NCBI GenBank assembly: GCA_043798915.1
Contig: JAZDOG010000097.1
Location: 1 to 36,108, forward strand
Source: Pseudomonadota bacterium
GTDB lineage: Bacteria; UBA10199; 2-02-FULL-44-16; JAAZCA01
DNA length: 36,108 nucleotides
Direction of reading: 5' to 3'
Numbering within the stretch: position 1 is the first letter of the stretch; the number at the start of each line of letters is the position of its first letter. Below the pieces are notes generated by a model, which saw nothing but the letters and a program-made list of their open reading frames with translations, was not told the origin of the DNA and searched no databases. The position numbers and the translations under genes were made by a program. Below are positions 8,759 through 19,070 of this stretch, in pieces.

Positions 8759-9781
8759 TTAACGCTCCGCAGCCGATGCCAGAACATACCGCGTCGCGCG
8801 ATGTTTTCCGATGCGCACAATCAATCCGCGTTCCAGGAGCAGCTTCATGACGTGATGCGCGCCGGGCGACGTCACCTTGAGCGCTTTGGCGATTTCGCCG
8901 ACGCCCATGCTCCCTTTTTCACGCAGAAGATTGAGGAGCTTCTCCTGCCGAACTGTCAGCGCTATCGGTTCCTCTCCTGCCGGACCTATCATTGCGATGC
9001 GACGCTCGATTCGGTGGAGTGTCTCCAGGATGGACTCCGCCATGAACTCCAGCCATCCTCCGATATCCGCCCCCTCAACCTGCACCCGCTGGAGATTCTT
9101 GATATAGAAGGGCCTGTTCTCCATCAATATCTCATCGAGGGCAAAGATATGGAGGGTATCGAACCCCTTCCGGTAGAGTTCCCACGTTGCGAGCGCTCTG
9201 GCGACACGTCCGTTGCCATCACGAAAGGGATGTATCTCGACAAATCGCAGATGAAGAATGGAGGAGGAGAAAATGGCCGGGAGCGCCCTGGCGGGACCAT
9301 TGAGCCACGCGAGCATCGCCTGCATGAGACCTGGCACATCCTGCCAGGCTGGGGCAATATGCAAACCGGCGCTCACTGGTTCCTTCCGATAGGCGCCTAT
9401 GGGACCTTCATCGGCCGCCCCATCGGCGATAATCTGGTGGAGTTTGAAAATATCTTTATCGGCAATGCTCGATGCTTTTTCCTTCTTCTGCAGCCATGCC
9501 AGCGCCTTGAGGTAGTTCTGGACCATTCGCACATGGCGGTCCGGATAGCCGATCGCTTCCTTCCCCTTCATCAACCCCTGGATCGCCTCCAGCGAGAGGG
9601 TGCAGCCCTCGATTGCGGTCGAACCCCACGCCAGTCGCGTGCGGGCATCGGCGACGAGCGAGGGCACCCACGGGACCTTGATCAGGGAACTCTGGATGCG
9701 CTCGCGGAGGGCGCCGATCTCCTCCAGGAGGCGATACAATCGGGCGGTCGGTTGAAACTGTGGTCTATAGGGCTTATGCAT
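8759..9781 (-). CDS. Fic family protein (class II, N-terminal inhibitory helix) with C-terminal winged HTH
   Basis: Catalytic HPFRDGNGRVAR; inhibitory motif STAIEG; C-terminal LTVRQEKLL...EIAKALKV...LLERGLI wHTH. Start is 9781 or 9787. Confidence 0.92.
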   Translation of the reverse strand: MHKPYRPQFQPTARLYRLLEEIGALRERIQSSLIKVPWVPSLVADARTRLAWGSTAIEGCTLSLEAIQGLMKGKEAIGYPDRHVRMVQNYLKALAWLQKKEKASSIADKDIFKLHQIIADGAADEGPIGAYRKEPVSAGLHIAPAWQDVPGLMQAMLAWLNGPARALPAIFSSSILHLRFVEIHPFRDGNGRVARALATWELYRKGFDTLHIFALDEILMENRPFYIKNLQRVQVEGADIGGWLEFMAESILETLHRIERRIAMIGPAGEEPIALTVRQEKLLNLLREKGSMGVGEIAKALKVTSPGAHHVMKLLLERGLIVRIGKHRATRYVLASAAER

Positions 9782-9784
9782 TAG

Positions 9785-9818
9785 CATAAAGTTTACATAA
9801 AGTGATTCATAAAGTCAA
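9785..9818 (-). promoter_or_regulatory. sigma70-type promoter of fic overlapped by three CATAAAGT direct repeats
   Basis: Minus strand TTGACT (9818-9813)-N17-TAAACT (9795-9790); CATAAAGT at 9785, 9796 and 9808. Confidence 0.65.
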
Positions 9819-9961
9819 GACGACTCAAATCCAAAGATGTCACAAACATCAACCAAATCATCAACCTATTCATAAACCCGCGTCGAGACATTCCCTTCGA
9901 TTGTGCAGAAATTGCGGGACGAGCAGTTCCCATGTTGGCGAAAACGTCAGACGGAGCGGGC

Positions 9962-9974
9962 TAACTCGTTGATA
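9962..9974. promoter_or_regulatory. IHF-consensus site
   Basis: TAActcgTTGATA is the reverse complement of WATCAANNNNTTR, in the divergent fic/glyQS intergenic region. Confidence 0.35.
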
Positions 9975-10101
9975 TATTTCGTTTCCACATCCCGAAAGCG
10001 ATAGATAAATATTCCTCCAGCGGCCGTGAACATTCTTGACGAGCCTGGGGGTGCATGTTAAGCCGCGTCTTCCTTTTCCTCAATTTATCAAGGGGTTTAC
10101 A

Positions 10102-11448
10102 ATGTCAGTCCCCGGCGGGATGGCGGAATTTGCGGGAGTCGAAATGGAGCAGCTCGTGTCGCTGTGCAAGCGGCGCGGGATCATCTTTCAGTCGAGCGAG
10201 ATCTACGGCGGGATCAACGGCTTCTGGGACTTCGGTCCCGTGGGCTGCGAGTTGAAGCGCAGGATCAAGGAATCGTGGTGGCGTCGCATGGTCACATCCC
10301 GCGACGACGTCGTCGGCATCGACACCTCGATCATCGCGCATCCCCAGACCTGGATCGCATCTGGCCACGTGGCGAGCTTCAACGACCCGATGGTCGACTG
10401 CAAGGCTTGCAAGCGCCGCTTCCGCGCGGATGACATCCCTCCTTCAAGCAAGGGGCATGAGAAGGGCAAATGTCCCGAATGCGGCGGCGAGCTCACAGAG
10501 GCGCGCGAATTCAACCTCATGTTTCAGACTCACGTCGGCGCCATCGCCGATTCCGCATCGCTCGCCTACTTGAGGCCGGAGACGTGCCAGTCGATATTCA
10601 CGCAGTTCAAGAACGTGCAGGCGACATCCCGCCAGAAGGTCCCCTTCGGCATCGCGCAGATCGGCAAGGCCTTCCGCAACGAGATCACGCCGCGCAACTT
10701 CATCTTCCGGTCGAGGGAGTTCGAGCAGATGGAGATGGAGTTCTTCTGCCACGAGAGCGAGGCGAGCAGGTGGTTCGAGCACTGGGTCGCGGAGAGGTTC
10801 GACTGGTTTAAGTCCATCGGCGTCAAACCGGGGAAGCTCCGCCTCCGCCCGCACGAGCAGAGGGAACTCGCGCATTACGCGAAGGAGTGCACCGACGTCG
10901 AATACGAGATGCCGTTCGGCTGGTCGGAGATGGAGGGGATCGCCAACCGCAGCAACTACGACCTCACGCAACACATGAACATCTCGGGCAAGGACCTCAC
11001 CTACTTCGACGACGCGCGCAAGGAGAAGTACGTCCCGCACGTCATCGAGACCTCCGTCGGCGTCGACAGGACCGCGCTCGCGGTGCTCGCGGACGCTTAC
11101 CGGGAAGAGGATGTGAAGGGGGAAAAGCGCGTCGTGCTTGGGCTAGACCCGTCGATTGCGCCGGTGCAGGCGGCGGTCCTGCCTCTCTCTGGCAAACTCG
11201 GCGAGCCGGCGAAGAAGCTGGAACTCGATGTGAGAAAACATTTCGTGAGCGAGTACGACGACGCAGGCTCCATCGGCAAACGCTACCGCCGTCACGACGA
11301 GATCGGCACGCCGTTCTGCGTCACCTACGATTTCGATTCGGAAAACGACCACGCCGTCACGGTCCGAGACCGCGACTCGATGCAACAGGAGCGTATCCCG
11401 ATCGACAGCGCCGTGGAATTTTTGAGAAACAAATTCGAAAAATCGTAA
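10102..11448 (+). CDS. glyQS: glycine--tRNA ligase (alpha2, homodimeric type)
   Basis: SLCKRRG, SEIYGG, DFGPVG, LRPETCQ, AQIGKAFRNEITPRNFIFRSREFEQMEMEFF, PHVIETSVGVDR, SIGKRYRRHDEIGTP. Start is 10102 or slightly downstream. Confidence 0.97.
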   Translation: MSVPGGMAEFAGVEMEQLVSLCKRRGIIFQSSEIYGGINGFWDFGPVGCELKRRIKESWWRRMVTSRDDVVGIDTSIIAHPQTWIASGHVASFNDPMVDCKACKRRFRADDIPPSSKGHEKGKCPECGGELTEAREFNLMFQTHVGAIADSASLAYLRPETCQSIFTQFKNVQATSRQKVPFGIAQIGKAFRNEITPRNFIFRSREFEQMEMEFFCHESEASRWFEHWVAERFDWFKSIGVKPGKLRLRPHEQRELAHYAKECTDVEYEMPFGWSEMEGIANRSNYDLTQHMNISGKDLTYFDDARKEKYVPHVIETSVGVDRTALAVLADAYREEDVKGEKRVVLGLDPSIAPVQAAVLPLSGKLGEPAKKLELDVRKHFVSEYDDAGSIGKRYRRHDEIGTPFCVTYDFDSENDHAVTVRDRDSMQQERIPIDSAVEFLRNKFEKS

Positions 11449-11484
11449 TTCTACAGTAAAACGCAAACAAACAAGGAGGAGCAA

Positions 11485-14166
11485 GTGGCAACAAAGTATG
11501 TCTACACGTTCGGGGCAGGAAAGGCTGATGGCAACACAGAGATGAAGGATCTCCTGGGCGGCAAGGGGGCAAACCTCGCCGAGATGAGCGGGCTGGGCAT
11601 TCCGGTGCCGGCCGGCTTCACGATAACGACGGAGGTCTGCACGCATTACTATGCGCACAAACAGGAATATCCCAAAGAGCTCAAGGTGCAGGTGGAGAGG
11701 GGTCTCTCCTATATCGAGAAGACGATGGGCGCCAAATTCGGCGACTCCAAAAACCCGCTGCTGCTCTCGGTCCGCTCCGGCGCCAGGGCCAGCATGCCAG
11801 GGATGATGGACACGGTCCTGAACCTCGGGCTCACTGCCGCCACGCTCAGGGGGCTGATCGAGAAGACCGGCAACGAGCGCTTCGTCTATGATTCCTATCG
11901 CCGCCTCATACAGATGTACAGCGGCGTGGTGCTGGGCGCCGACTCGGAGCACTTCGAGCACATAATCGACGAACTCAAGAAGTCGCGCGGCGTGAAGCTC
12001 GACACGGAACTCACCGCCGCCGACCTCCGCGATCTCTGCGACAAGTTCAAGGCCTGCGTGCGCAAGGATATCAACCTGGAATTCCCCGACGACGTCATGG
12101 AGCAGCTCTGGGGCGGCATCGGCGCAGTCTTCAAGTCGTGGAACACCGAGCGCGCGACCGAATACAGGCGGCTCCACGGCATCCCGGAGCACTGGGGCAC
12201 GGCGGTCAACCTCCAGGCGATGGTCTTCGGAAACATGGGGGAGGATTGCGCCACGGGTGTCGCGTTCACGCGCGACCCGGCGACGGGTCAGCACCGTTTC
12301 TTCGGCGAATATCTCATCAACGCGCAGGGCGAGGACGTGGTGGCGGGTACCCGCACGCCGCAGCCGATCAGCCTCGATGCGAAGAAGATGGCCGACGAGA
12401 TACCTCTCGAGGAGGCGATGCCCGAACTCTACAATCAACTCGTGGAGATATACCAGAAGCTAGAGAAGCACTATCGCGACATGCAGGACATCGAGTTCAC
12501 GATACAGCAGGGGAAACTCTGGATGCTGCAGACGCGCAACGGCAAGCGCACGGCGAAGGCCGCGATCTCGATCGCGGTCGACATGGTGAACGAGGGGCTG
12601 ATCGACAAAAAAGAGGCGATCATGCGCGTCGAGCCCGAACAGCTCGACCAGCTCCTGCACCCGACGATCGATCCCAAGGTGCGGCGCGAGGTGGTAGCCA
12701 AAGGCCTTCCGGCCTCGCCGGGCGCCGCGGTCGGAAAGGCGGTCTTCACCGCCGACACCGCAGCGGAGTGGGCGGCGAAGGGCGAGAAGGTGATACTTGT
12801 GAGGCTCGAGACCTCCCCCGACGACATCAAGGGCATGGCGGTCGCAGAGGGGATCCTCACCGCGCGCGGCGGGATGACGTCGCATGCCGCGGTGGTCGCG
12901 CGCGGCATGGGCAGGTGCTGCGTCGCCGGCGTGAACGCTCTCTCCGTCGATGCCGTCAGGAAACAGGCCAAAGTGGGCAACTTCACCATAAGCGAGGGCG
13001 ATCCCCTGACGCTCGACGGTTCGACCGGCGAGGTGATGCTGGGAGCCCTCCCCACGGTGAGGCCGACGCTCTCTGGCGAGTTCGGCACGTTCATGGGGTG
13101 GGTCGACGAAGTGCGCAAGCTCCGCGTGCGGACCAACGCCGACACGCCGCACGACGCTGAGGTCGCGCGCAAGTTCGGGGCGGAGGGGATTGGACTCTGC
13201 CGCACGGAGCACATGTTCTTCGAGGGCGACCGCATCGACGCGATGCGGGAGATGATACTGGCGGACGATCTCGAGGGCCGCAAGCGCGCGCTCATGAAGA
13301 TACTTCCGATGCAGAAGAGCGACTTCATGGGGATCTTCAGCGTGATGAACGGCTGCCCCGTGACGATCCGCCTGCTCGATCCGCCGCTGCACGAGTTCCT
13401 GCCGCACACCGATGCGGAGATTGCCGATCTCGCCAAGAAGATGGGCGTGAAGCCGGAGAGGCTCAAGGCGAAGGCGGAAGAACTCCATGAGTTCAACCCG
13501 ATGCTCGGCCACCGCGGCTGCCGCCTCGGAGTGACCTATCCGGAGATATACGCCATGCAGGCGCAAGCGATCATGGAGGCGGCTTGCGAGCTCGTGCATG
13601 GCAAGGGAATATCCGTCATCCCCGAGATCGAGATACCTCTCGTGGGGCATCCCCGTGAGCTCAAGCTCCTGCGCGACGTCTGCCAGAGGGTCTGCCAGGA
13701 GGTTATCGCGAAGAGCGGGCAGAAGGTCGAATACACGATAGGCACGATGATCGAGCTGCCGCGCGCGGCGCTCGTCGCCGACGAGATCGCGAAATACGCC
13801 GATTTCATGAGCTTCGGCACGAACGACCTCACGCAGACCACCTTCGGTTTCTCCCGCGACGACGCGGGCCGGTTCATCGGGGAATATGTCTCCAAGAAGA
13901 TACTGCCGTCCGATCCATTCGTGGCGATCGATCGCGACGGCGTTGGCAAACTCATGAAGCTCGGCGTGGAGCTGGCGCGCCGCGTGAAGCCCGATATAGA
14001 GATAGGCATCTGCGGCGAACACGGTGGCGAGCCTTCCTCGGTCATCTTCTGCCACGAGATCGGGCTCAATTATGTTTCCTGCTCGCCCTATCGGGTGCCG
14101 ATCGCGAGGCTTGCGGCTGCGCACGCGGTGCTGGGGGCAGCGGATGGGCCGGGGGCAACGGCATAA
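11485..14166 (+). CDS. ppdK: pyruvate, phosphate dikinase
   Basis: AAGGAGGAG RBS with GTG start; LLGGKGANL, LLSVRSGA, GGMTSHAAVVARG, GIGLCRTEHMF, SFGTNDL, GICGEHGG. Confidence 0.98.
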   Translation: MATKYVYTFGAGKADGNTEMKDLLGGKGANLAEMSGLGIPVPAGFTITTEVCTHYYAHKQEYPKELKVQVERGLSYIEKTMGAKFGDSKNPLLLSVRSGARASMPGMMDTVLNLGLTAATLRGLIEKTGNERFVYDSYRRLIQMYSGVVLGADSEHFEHIIDELKKSRGVKLDTELTAADLRDLCDKFKACVRKDINLEFPDDVMEQLWGGIGAVFKSWNTERATEYRRLHGIPEHWGTAVNLQAMVFGNMGEDCATGVAFTRDPATGQHRFFGEYLINAQGEDVVAGTRTPQPISLDAKKMADEIPLEEAMPELYNQLVEIYQKLEKHYRDMQDIEFTIQQGKLWMLQTRNGKRTAKAAISIAVDMVNEGLIDKKEAIMRVEPEQLDQLLHPTIDPKVRREVVAKGLPASPGAAVGKAVFTADTAAEWAAKGEKVILVRLETSPDDIKGMAVAEGILTARGGMTSHAAVVARGMGRCCVAGVNALSVDAVRKQAKVGNFTISEGDPLTLDGSTGEVMLGALPTVRPTLSGEFGTFMGWVDEVRKLRVRTNADTPHDAEVARKFGAEGIGLCRTEHMFFEGDRIDAMREMILADDLEGRKRALMKILPMQKSDFMGIFSVMNGCPVTIRLLDPPLHEFLPHTDAEIADLAKKMGVKPERLKAKAEELHEFNPMLGHRGCRLGVTYPEIYAMQAQAIMEAACELVHGKGISVIPEIEIPLVGHPRELKLLRDVCQRVCQEVIAKSGQKVEYTIGTMIELPRAALVADEIAKYADFMSFGTNDLTQTTFGFSRDDAGRFIGEYVSKKILPSDPFVAIDRDGVGKLMKLGVELARRVKPDIEIGICGEHGGEPSSVIFCHEIGLNYVSCSPYRVPIARLAAAHAVLGAADGPGATA

Positions 14167-14177
14167 GGGAATTTATT

Positions 14178-15353
14178 ATGAAGAATGGGAAACTGGCATC
14201 GGTCGTCATTGTTGCCCTGGCTCTGTGCGGTTGCGCCAGCTCGCATGACATATTCACCAATATCGGGACGCAAATCGCGAGTCCCAGCGCCATAGTCATC
14301 GATGTCGCATCGAACCGCCTCTACCTCGTCAACTCCAACAGCCTGGTGCTCTACAACCCTGAGCAGGGCAATTTCCAGGCATATGATATCACCAGCCCAC
14401 TGGCGCCCAGGCTCCTGGGCACGACGCAGACGCCCTCCTTCTCAGGCCAGATATATCTCGACACAGTCGGGAAGCGCGCGTACGTCCCCAACCGCTACAC
14501 GACAAACTCCGTTGTGACGCAGGACAGGCTCCTCACCTTCAACGTCGACGAATCGTCTGCGGGTTTTCTCACATCTTCCGAAACCGCGCTCGATCGCGAT
14601 TCGTACGCCATCGCATGCTGCTATCCGGCCACGCGTGCCTGGATCACGACGGGCATGAACGAGCTTCAATATATCGCCATAGGCGGGGATCTCACGCCTG
14701 CCGGGCTTTCGCTTCTGACGCCGCTGTCCGACGGCGGGAACATCTCGGATGCTCTCATCAACAACATCGTGTTTTTGGGCTCCCAGGCTTTTCTGTCGCG
14801 CACGTACGGCGGCGTGATGATCGTGAATCTGGACGAGGCGGGTGTCGCCGGTGCGTTCCCGGTCGATTATGTCATCACCGACATAGACAACCCGCGCGGC
14901 ATTGCCACCGACGGAAAATATATCTACGTCGTGGGCGAAGGGACGATAGATGATGACTACGAGCGCTTCCTGGATATCGTGGATCCGACGACGCTCACTT
15001 CGACGACCACCAACACGAGCGCAAAGACCGTGAGCCGGAGCGACCCCGGGATTCTAGTGGTGCCCCCCATCATCGTGGGCAACAGCCCCCAGGAGGTTTT
15101 GCTCTCGACAGCCAATGCGGCACATTATGCGTTTGTCACGAACCAGGGCGACAACAACGTCTCGGTGATCGATATCACATCTCCGACTAGCGCCTCAAAG
15201 ATCAAGGATATCCCGGTGGGCGACCAGCCATTCTCCATGGCGCTCTACAGCACCGGCGGCGTCGACCAGTACGTCTACGTCGGCAACATCTATTCGAACA
15301 CGATCTCAATTATAGATATACCATCCCTGACCGTCGTCGCGACCTACCCGTGA
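14178..15353 (+). CDS. YncE/YVTN-like beta-propeller lipoprotein
   Basis: Lipobox LCGC; repeated blades RLYLVNS, RAYVPN, PRGIATDGKYIYV, AFVTNQGDNNVSVID, IPVGDQP, YVYVGNIYSNTISIID. Confidence 0.82.
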   Translation: MKNGKLASVVIVALALCGCASSHDIFTNIGTQIASPSAIVIDVASNRLYLVNSNSLVLYNPEQGNFQAYDITSPLAPRLLGTTQTPSFSGQIYLDTVGKRAYVPNRYTTNSVVTQDRLLTFNVDESSAGFLTSSETALDRDSYAIACCYPATRAWITTGMNELQYIAIGGDLTPAGLSLLTPLSDGGNISDALINNIVFLGSQAFLSRTYGGVMIVNLDEAGVAGAFPVDYVITDIDNPRGIATDGKYIYVVGEGTIDDDYERFLDIVDPTTLTSTTTNTSAKTVSRSDPGILVVPPIIVGNSPQEVLLSTANAAHYAFVTNQGDNNVSVIDITSPTSASKIKDIPVGDQPFSMALYSTGGVDQYVYVGNIYSNTISIIDIPSLTVVATYP

Positions 15354-15457
15354 TTTAGCCCGCATTTCCCGCCTTTTTCTGTTGCCAAGAGACATGTCGC
15401 TGTGCTAATTTCCTCAAGATTTTACCGGGGTTACCTCACATATAGCGAGAGCCATCC

Positions 15458-18400
15458 ATGCGACTGAAAACCCTTGAGATGAGCGGCTTCAAGTCGTTCG
15501 TCGACCGCACCAGCATTCAATTTGAAGAGGGAATCACCGGCGTCGTGGGGCCGAATGGCTGCGGAAAAAGCAATATAGTGGACGCCATACGCTGGGTGAT
15601 GGGCGAGATGAGCGCCAAACACCTGCGCGGTTCCGAGATGGCGGACGTTATTTTCAACGGCTGTGAATCGAGGCCGCCGGTCGGGATGGCGCAGGTCTTC
15701 TTGACGTTCGACAACTCCGACGGCCGCGCGCCTGCAGACTACGCTCAGTATAGCGAGATACAGGTCGGCCGCCGTCTCTACCGCTCCGGCGAGAGCGAAT
15801 ACTTCATCAACAAGACCCCATGCCGCTTAAAGGACATCGTCGATCTCTTCCTCGGCACCGGCGTAGGATCCAAAGCCTATTCCATAGTCGAGCAGGGGAT
15901 GGTGGGCGCCATCGTTTCCTCGAAGCCGGAGGACAGGCGGATCCTGATCGAGGAGGCCGCCGGCATCTCGAAGTTCAAATCGCGCAAGGAAGCGGCGCTG
16001 CGCAAGATGGAGTCGACGAAGCTTAATCTCGAAAGGCTGAACGACATCCAGGGAGAGCTGACGCGCCAGATCAATTCGCTCAACCGGCAGGCGAAGAAGG
16101 CCGAGCGGTATCAGAAAGCGAGCGATGAACTCCAGGGGAGAGAGCTCGCGCTGGCCGCCACGCGCCACCGCGTGATGCGGACGGAGCTCGAGGTCCTCTC
16201 CGCGGAGCATCAGAAGCTGAGGGAGAGCGAGACGACATCATCTGCCGGTCTCTCCGGATTCGAGGCGGAGATAGAGGCGAAGAGGCTCTCGCTCGCTGAA
16301 GGCGAGCGAGAGCTGGACGGGGTCCAGCAGGACCTCTACCGCGCCGAGCACTCGATCAAGCTATGCGAGGCCGAGATTTCGCACCGCGAGAAGGAGAGGG
16401 AGAGGATCGTCAGCCAGAACGCCGTGCTCGCAGGGGAGCTCGAATCCTTGAAGGAGCGCAGCGCCTCCGTCGACAGGCAGATAGAGGAAGCAAACTCCGC
16501 GATGGTCGCGGCCGATTTGACGCTCGCCGATTCGGCAGAGGTCACCGGTGCGCTCGATCTGGAGGTCGAAGGAGTCCGCGCCGATTTTCAAAAGTTTCAG
16601 GCGGAGGCGGACGGGCACAAGGAAAAGGCGATGTCCTGCGACGCGGCGATCGCGAGCCTCAATTCCACCATCGACAGCTGCGAACGCAGGCATATCGATG
16701 TGGCCGGCCGGATCGCCAGGGACCAGACCTCGATGGATGCGATCGACCGGCGATCCACTGAGATCAAGGCGGGCCTCGCCCAGCACGAGCAGGAACTCTC
16801 GGGATCCAGGCAGATGAAACTCAAGCTCGAGGAGGAATCCGGCGCGGTGCTCCAGGCGCTCGCAGAACAGCGCCAGCTCTCCGCGGATGCCGAGGCCAGG
16901 TTTACGGCCTTGAGGAATGAAGCGGGGGACAAGCGGGCGAGGCAGAAGTCGCTCAAGGAGCTGCGCGAAAACCTGGAGGGTTACCGCGACGGCGTCCGCG
17001 CGGTCCTCTCGCGTTCCGATGCCGACGGCCAGAAGCTGGCTGGTATCATGGGCACGGTGGGCGAGCTCATCGAAACGGACTCTGAATTCGAACCGGCGCT
17101 AGGCGCCGTGCTGGGCGACAAACTCCAGTACGTCGTGGTCAAGTCGCATGAGGAGGGCGTCGAGGCGATAGACTATTTGAGGAGCGCGGCCTGCGGCCGC
17201 AGCTCGTTCATCCCGCTCGGAGTCCGCACCGCAGAGGCCGGCGGCGAAGCGCCATCCGGCGAGGGCGTGGTGGGGCCGATCTCGAACTTCGTGCGCTTTG
17301 CCGACGACTACCGCCACATCTGCCAGTATCTTCTGGGAGATGTCGTTCTTGTGGATGATCTTCGCCGCGCGCTCGACCTCTGGGGAAACAAGCATTCTAA
17401 CCACACCTTCGTCACGCGCGACGGCTGCGTCGTCGATCCCTCCGGCGTTGTCACCGGAGGCTCCGGGGCCGGGGTGGAGGGAGAGTTCATCGCGCAGAAG
17501 CGAAAGGCGAAGGAGCTGGAAGATGAGTTAAACCGTCTCGGAGGCGAACTCACCTCTGCAGAGGGCGAGGCGAAACGTCTTTCGGAACGCGTGAAGTTGC
17601 TGGAGGAACAGGCTGAGGGCTTGAGGCGCGATGCGCACGGCAGGGAACTCTTTCTCGTCGGCCAGGAGCGCGATGTCCTGCGCGTCCGCGACGAGCTCAA
17701 GAGGTATGAGGGCGACAGGGACAGGCTCGCGGTCGAAACCGCGGCGCTTGCCGAGGAACTGGCGGAGGCAGCTGGGGAGCGGGAGGAAGCGAAGCAGAGG
17801 CTCGTGAGCGAGATTCAAAGCCGCGATGCCGCCAGGGAAAGGCTCGCCGCGCTGCAGGGGGAGATCGAGACGCTCTCGGAAAAGAAGGACAAGAGGGAGC
17901 GCGAACTCATCGACCTCAAGGTCGAACTTGCACAGGCCCGCGAGCGCGCGGCCTCCGTCGCCCGGGAACTCGTGGGGCTCGTAGATGCGAAGACCGAGGC
18001 GGTGCTGGGCGTCGACAGGCGGTTCTCGGACATCAGCCAGGCCAACGGGCGCATGGTCATCCTGGGCCGCGAGATCGAGGGCTTCAAATCGGACCTCGAT
18101 CTGGCGATCAGGAGGGTCAGCCGTCTCCAGGAGACTCAAGCGCTCCTCAAGGAGCGCTACGAGACCGAGTCAGCCGCGCTCCGCGATCAGGAGCTCTCCA
18201 TACGCGACCTGCGCCGTTGCCACGCTGAGGCGCTGGCCTCCTTTCACGAGGTGGAGCTAAGGCTCAGCGAGCACCGCGGAAGGATGCAGTACCTTTCGGA
18301 CAACATCCGCGAGCGATATCATCTCGACTTGAGCACCATCGAGGCGGAGCATGCCAAAGAGGATCTCGATATCGAGGTCGAGGAACAGGCCGTCGCAGAG

Positions 18401-19057
18401 CTCAAAGAGCGCATAGACGGCATCGGCCCGGTGAACGTCGACGCCATCAAGGAGTTTGAAGAGCTCTCCATGCGCCACGAATTTATGACGAAGCAGACGG
18501 CGGACCTTGCGGCGTCGCTCGAGAACCTGTCCAAGGCGATCGCCCGCATAGACCGCACCAGCCGCCAGCGCTTCCGCCGCGCCTTCGAGGCGGTGGACGC
18601 GGAGTTCCGTACGCTCTTCCCCAAGCTCTTCCGCGGCGGACAGGCGCGCCTGATGCTCACCGACGAGGAGAACATCCTCGAGACCGGCATAGAGATCATC
18701 GCGCAGCCGCCGGGCAAAAAGCTGCAGTCGATCACGCTCCTCTCGGGCGGCGAGAAGGCGCTCACGGCGGTGGCCCTCATCTTCTCGATCTTCCTCATCA
18801 AGCCCTCGCCGTTCTGCCTGCTCGACGAGGTGGACGCGCCGCTGGACGACGTCAACATCGATCGCTTCAACGATCTGATCCGCTCAATGACGCCGCACTC
18901 GCAGTTCATCCTCATCACGCACAACAAGCGGACGATGGAGCTGGCCGACCTCCTCTACGGCGTGACGATGGAGGAGGCGGGGGTCTCGAAGATGGTCTCG
19001 GTGAGGCTGGGGGTCGATAAGGAAAAAGAGAAGGAGAGCGAGCCAGCGGTAGCCTGA
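15458..19057 (+). CDS. smc: chromosome segregation protein SMC
   Basis: GFKSF, Walker A GPNGCGKSN, long coiled coils, hinge (VTRDG..VDPSGVVTGG), LSGGEKA signature, LLDEVDAPLD. Confidence 0.98.
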   Translation: MRLKTLEMSGFKSFVDRTSIQFEEGITGVVGPNGCGKSNIVDAIRWVMGEMSAKHLRGSEMADVIFNGCESRPPVGMAQVFLTFDNSDGRAPADYAQYSEIQVGRRLYRSGESEYFINKTPCRLKDIVDLFLGTGVGSKAYSIVEQGMVGAIVSSKPEDRRILIEEAAGISKFKSRKEAALRKMESTKLNLERLNDIQGELTRQINSLNRQAKKAERYQKASDELQGRELALAATRHRVMRTELEVLSAEHQKLRESETTSSAGLSGFEAEIEAKRLSLAEGERELDGVQQDLYRAEHSIKLCEAEISHREKERERIVSQNAVLAGELESLKERSASVDRQIEEANSAMVAADLTLADSAEVTGALDLEVEGVRADFQKFQAEADGHKEKAMSCDAAIASLNSTIDSCERRHIDVAGRIARDQTSMDAIDRRSTEIKAGLAQHEQELSGSRQMKLKLEEESGAVLQALAEQRQLSADAEARFTALRNEAGDKRARQKSLKELRENLEGYRDGVRAVLSRSDADGQKLAGIMGTVGELIETDSEFEPALGAVLGDKLQYVVVKSHEEGVEAIDYLRSAACGRSSFIPLGVRTAEAGGEAPSGEGVVGPISNFVRFADDYRHICQYLLGDVVLVDDLRRALDLWGNKHSNHTFVTRDGCVVDPSGVVTGGSGAGVEGEFIAQKRKAKELEDELNRLGGELTSAEGEAKRLSERVKLLEEQAEGLRRDAHGRELFLVGQERDVLRVRDELKRYEGDRDRLAVETAALAEELAEAAGEREEAKQRLVSEIQSRDAARERLAALQGEIETLSEKKDKRERELIDLKVELAQARERAASVARELVGLVDAKTEAVLGVDRRFSDISQANGRMVILGREIEGFKSDLDLAIRRVSRLQETQALLKERYETESAALRDQELSIRDLRRCHAEALASFHEVELRLSEHRGRMQYLSDNIRERYHLDLSTIEAEHAKEDLDIEVEEQAVAELKERIDGIGPVNVDAIKEFEELSMRHEFMTKQTADLAASLENLSKAIARIDRTSRQRFRRAFEAVDAEFRTLFPKLFRGGQARLMLTDEENILETGIEIIAQPPGKKLQSITLLSGGEKALTAVALIFSIFLIKPSPFCLLDEVDAPLDDVNIDRFNDLIRSMTPHSQFILITHNKRTMELADLLYGVTMEEAGVSKMVSVRLGVDKEKEKESEPAVA

Positions 19058-19070
19058 GGAAATTAGATGC

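Noticed and set aside
5383..9784. Plus-strand ORFs 5383-6429, 7045-7896 and 8600-9784
   Set aside because: They lie antisense to clearly recognisable minus-strand genes and have atypical composition.
9820..10101. T-box or glycine riboswitch upstream of glyQS
   Set aside because: No T-box consensus (GGTGGNACCGCG), terminator or recognisable aptamer seen.
11143..14124. Long antisense or alternative-frame ORFs (e.g. 12460-14124, 11143-12438, 12471-13496)
   Set aside because: Shadow ORFs of GC-rich ppdK/glyQS; no motifs of their own.
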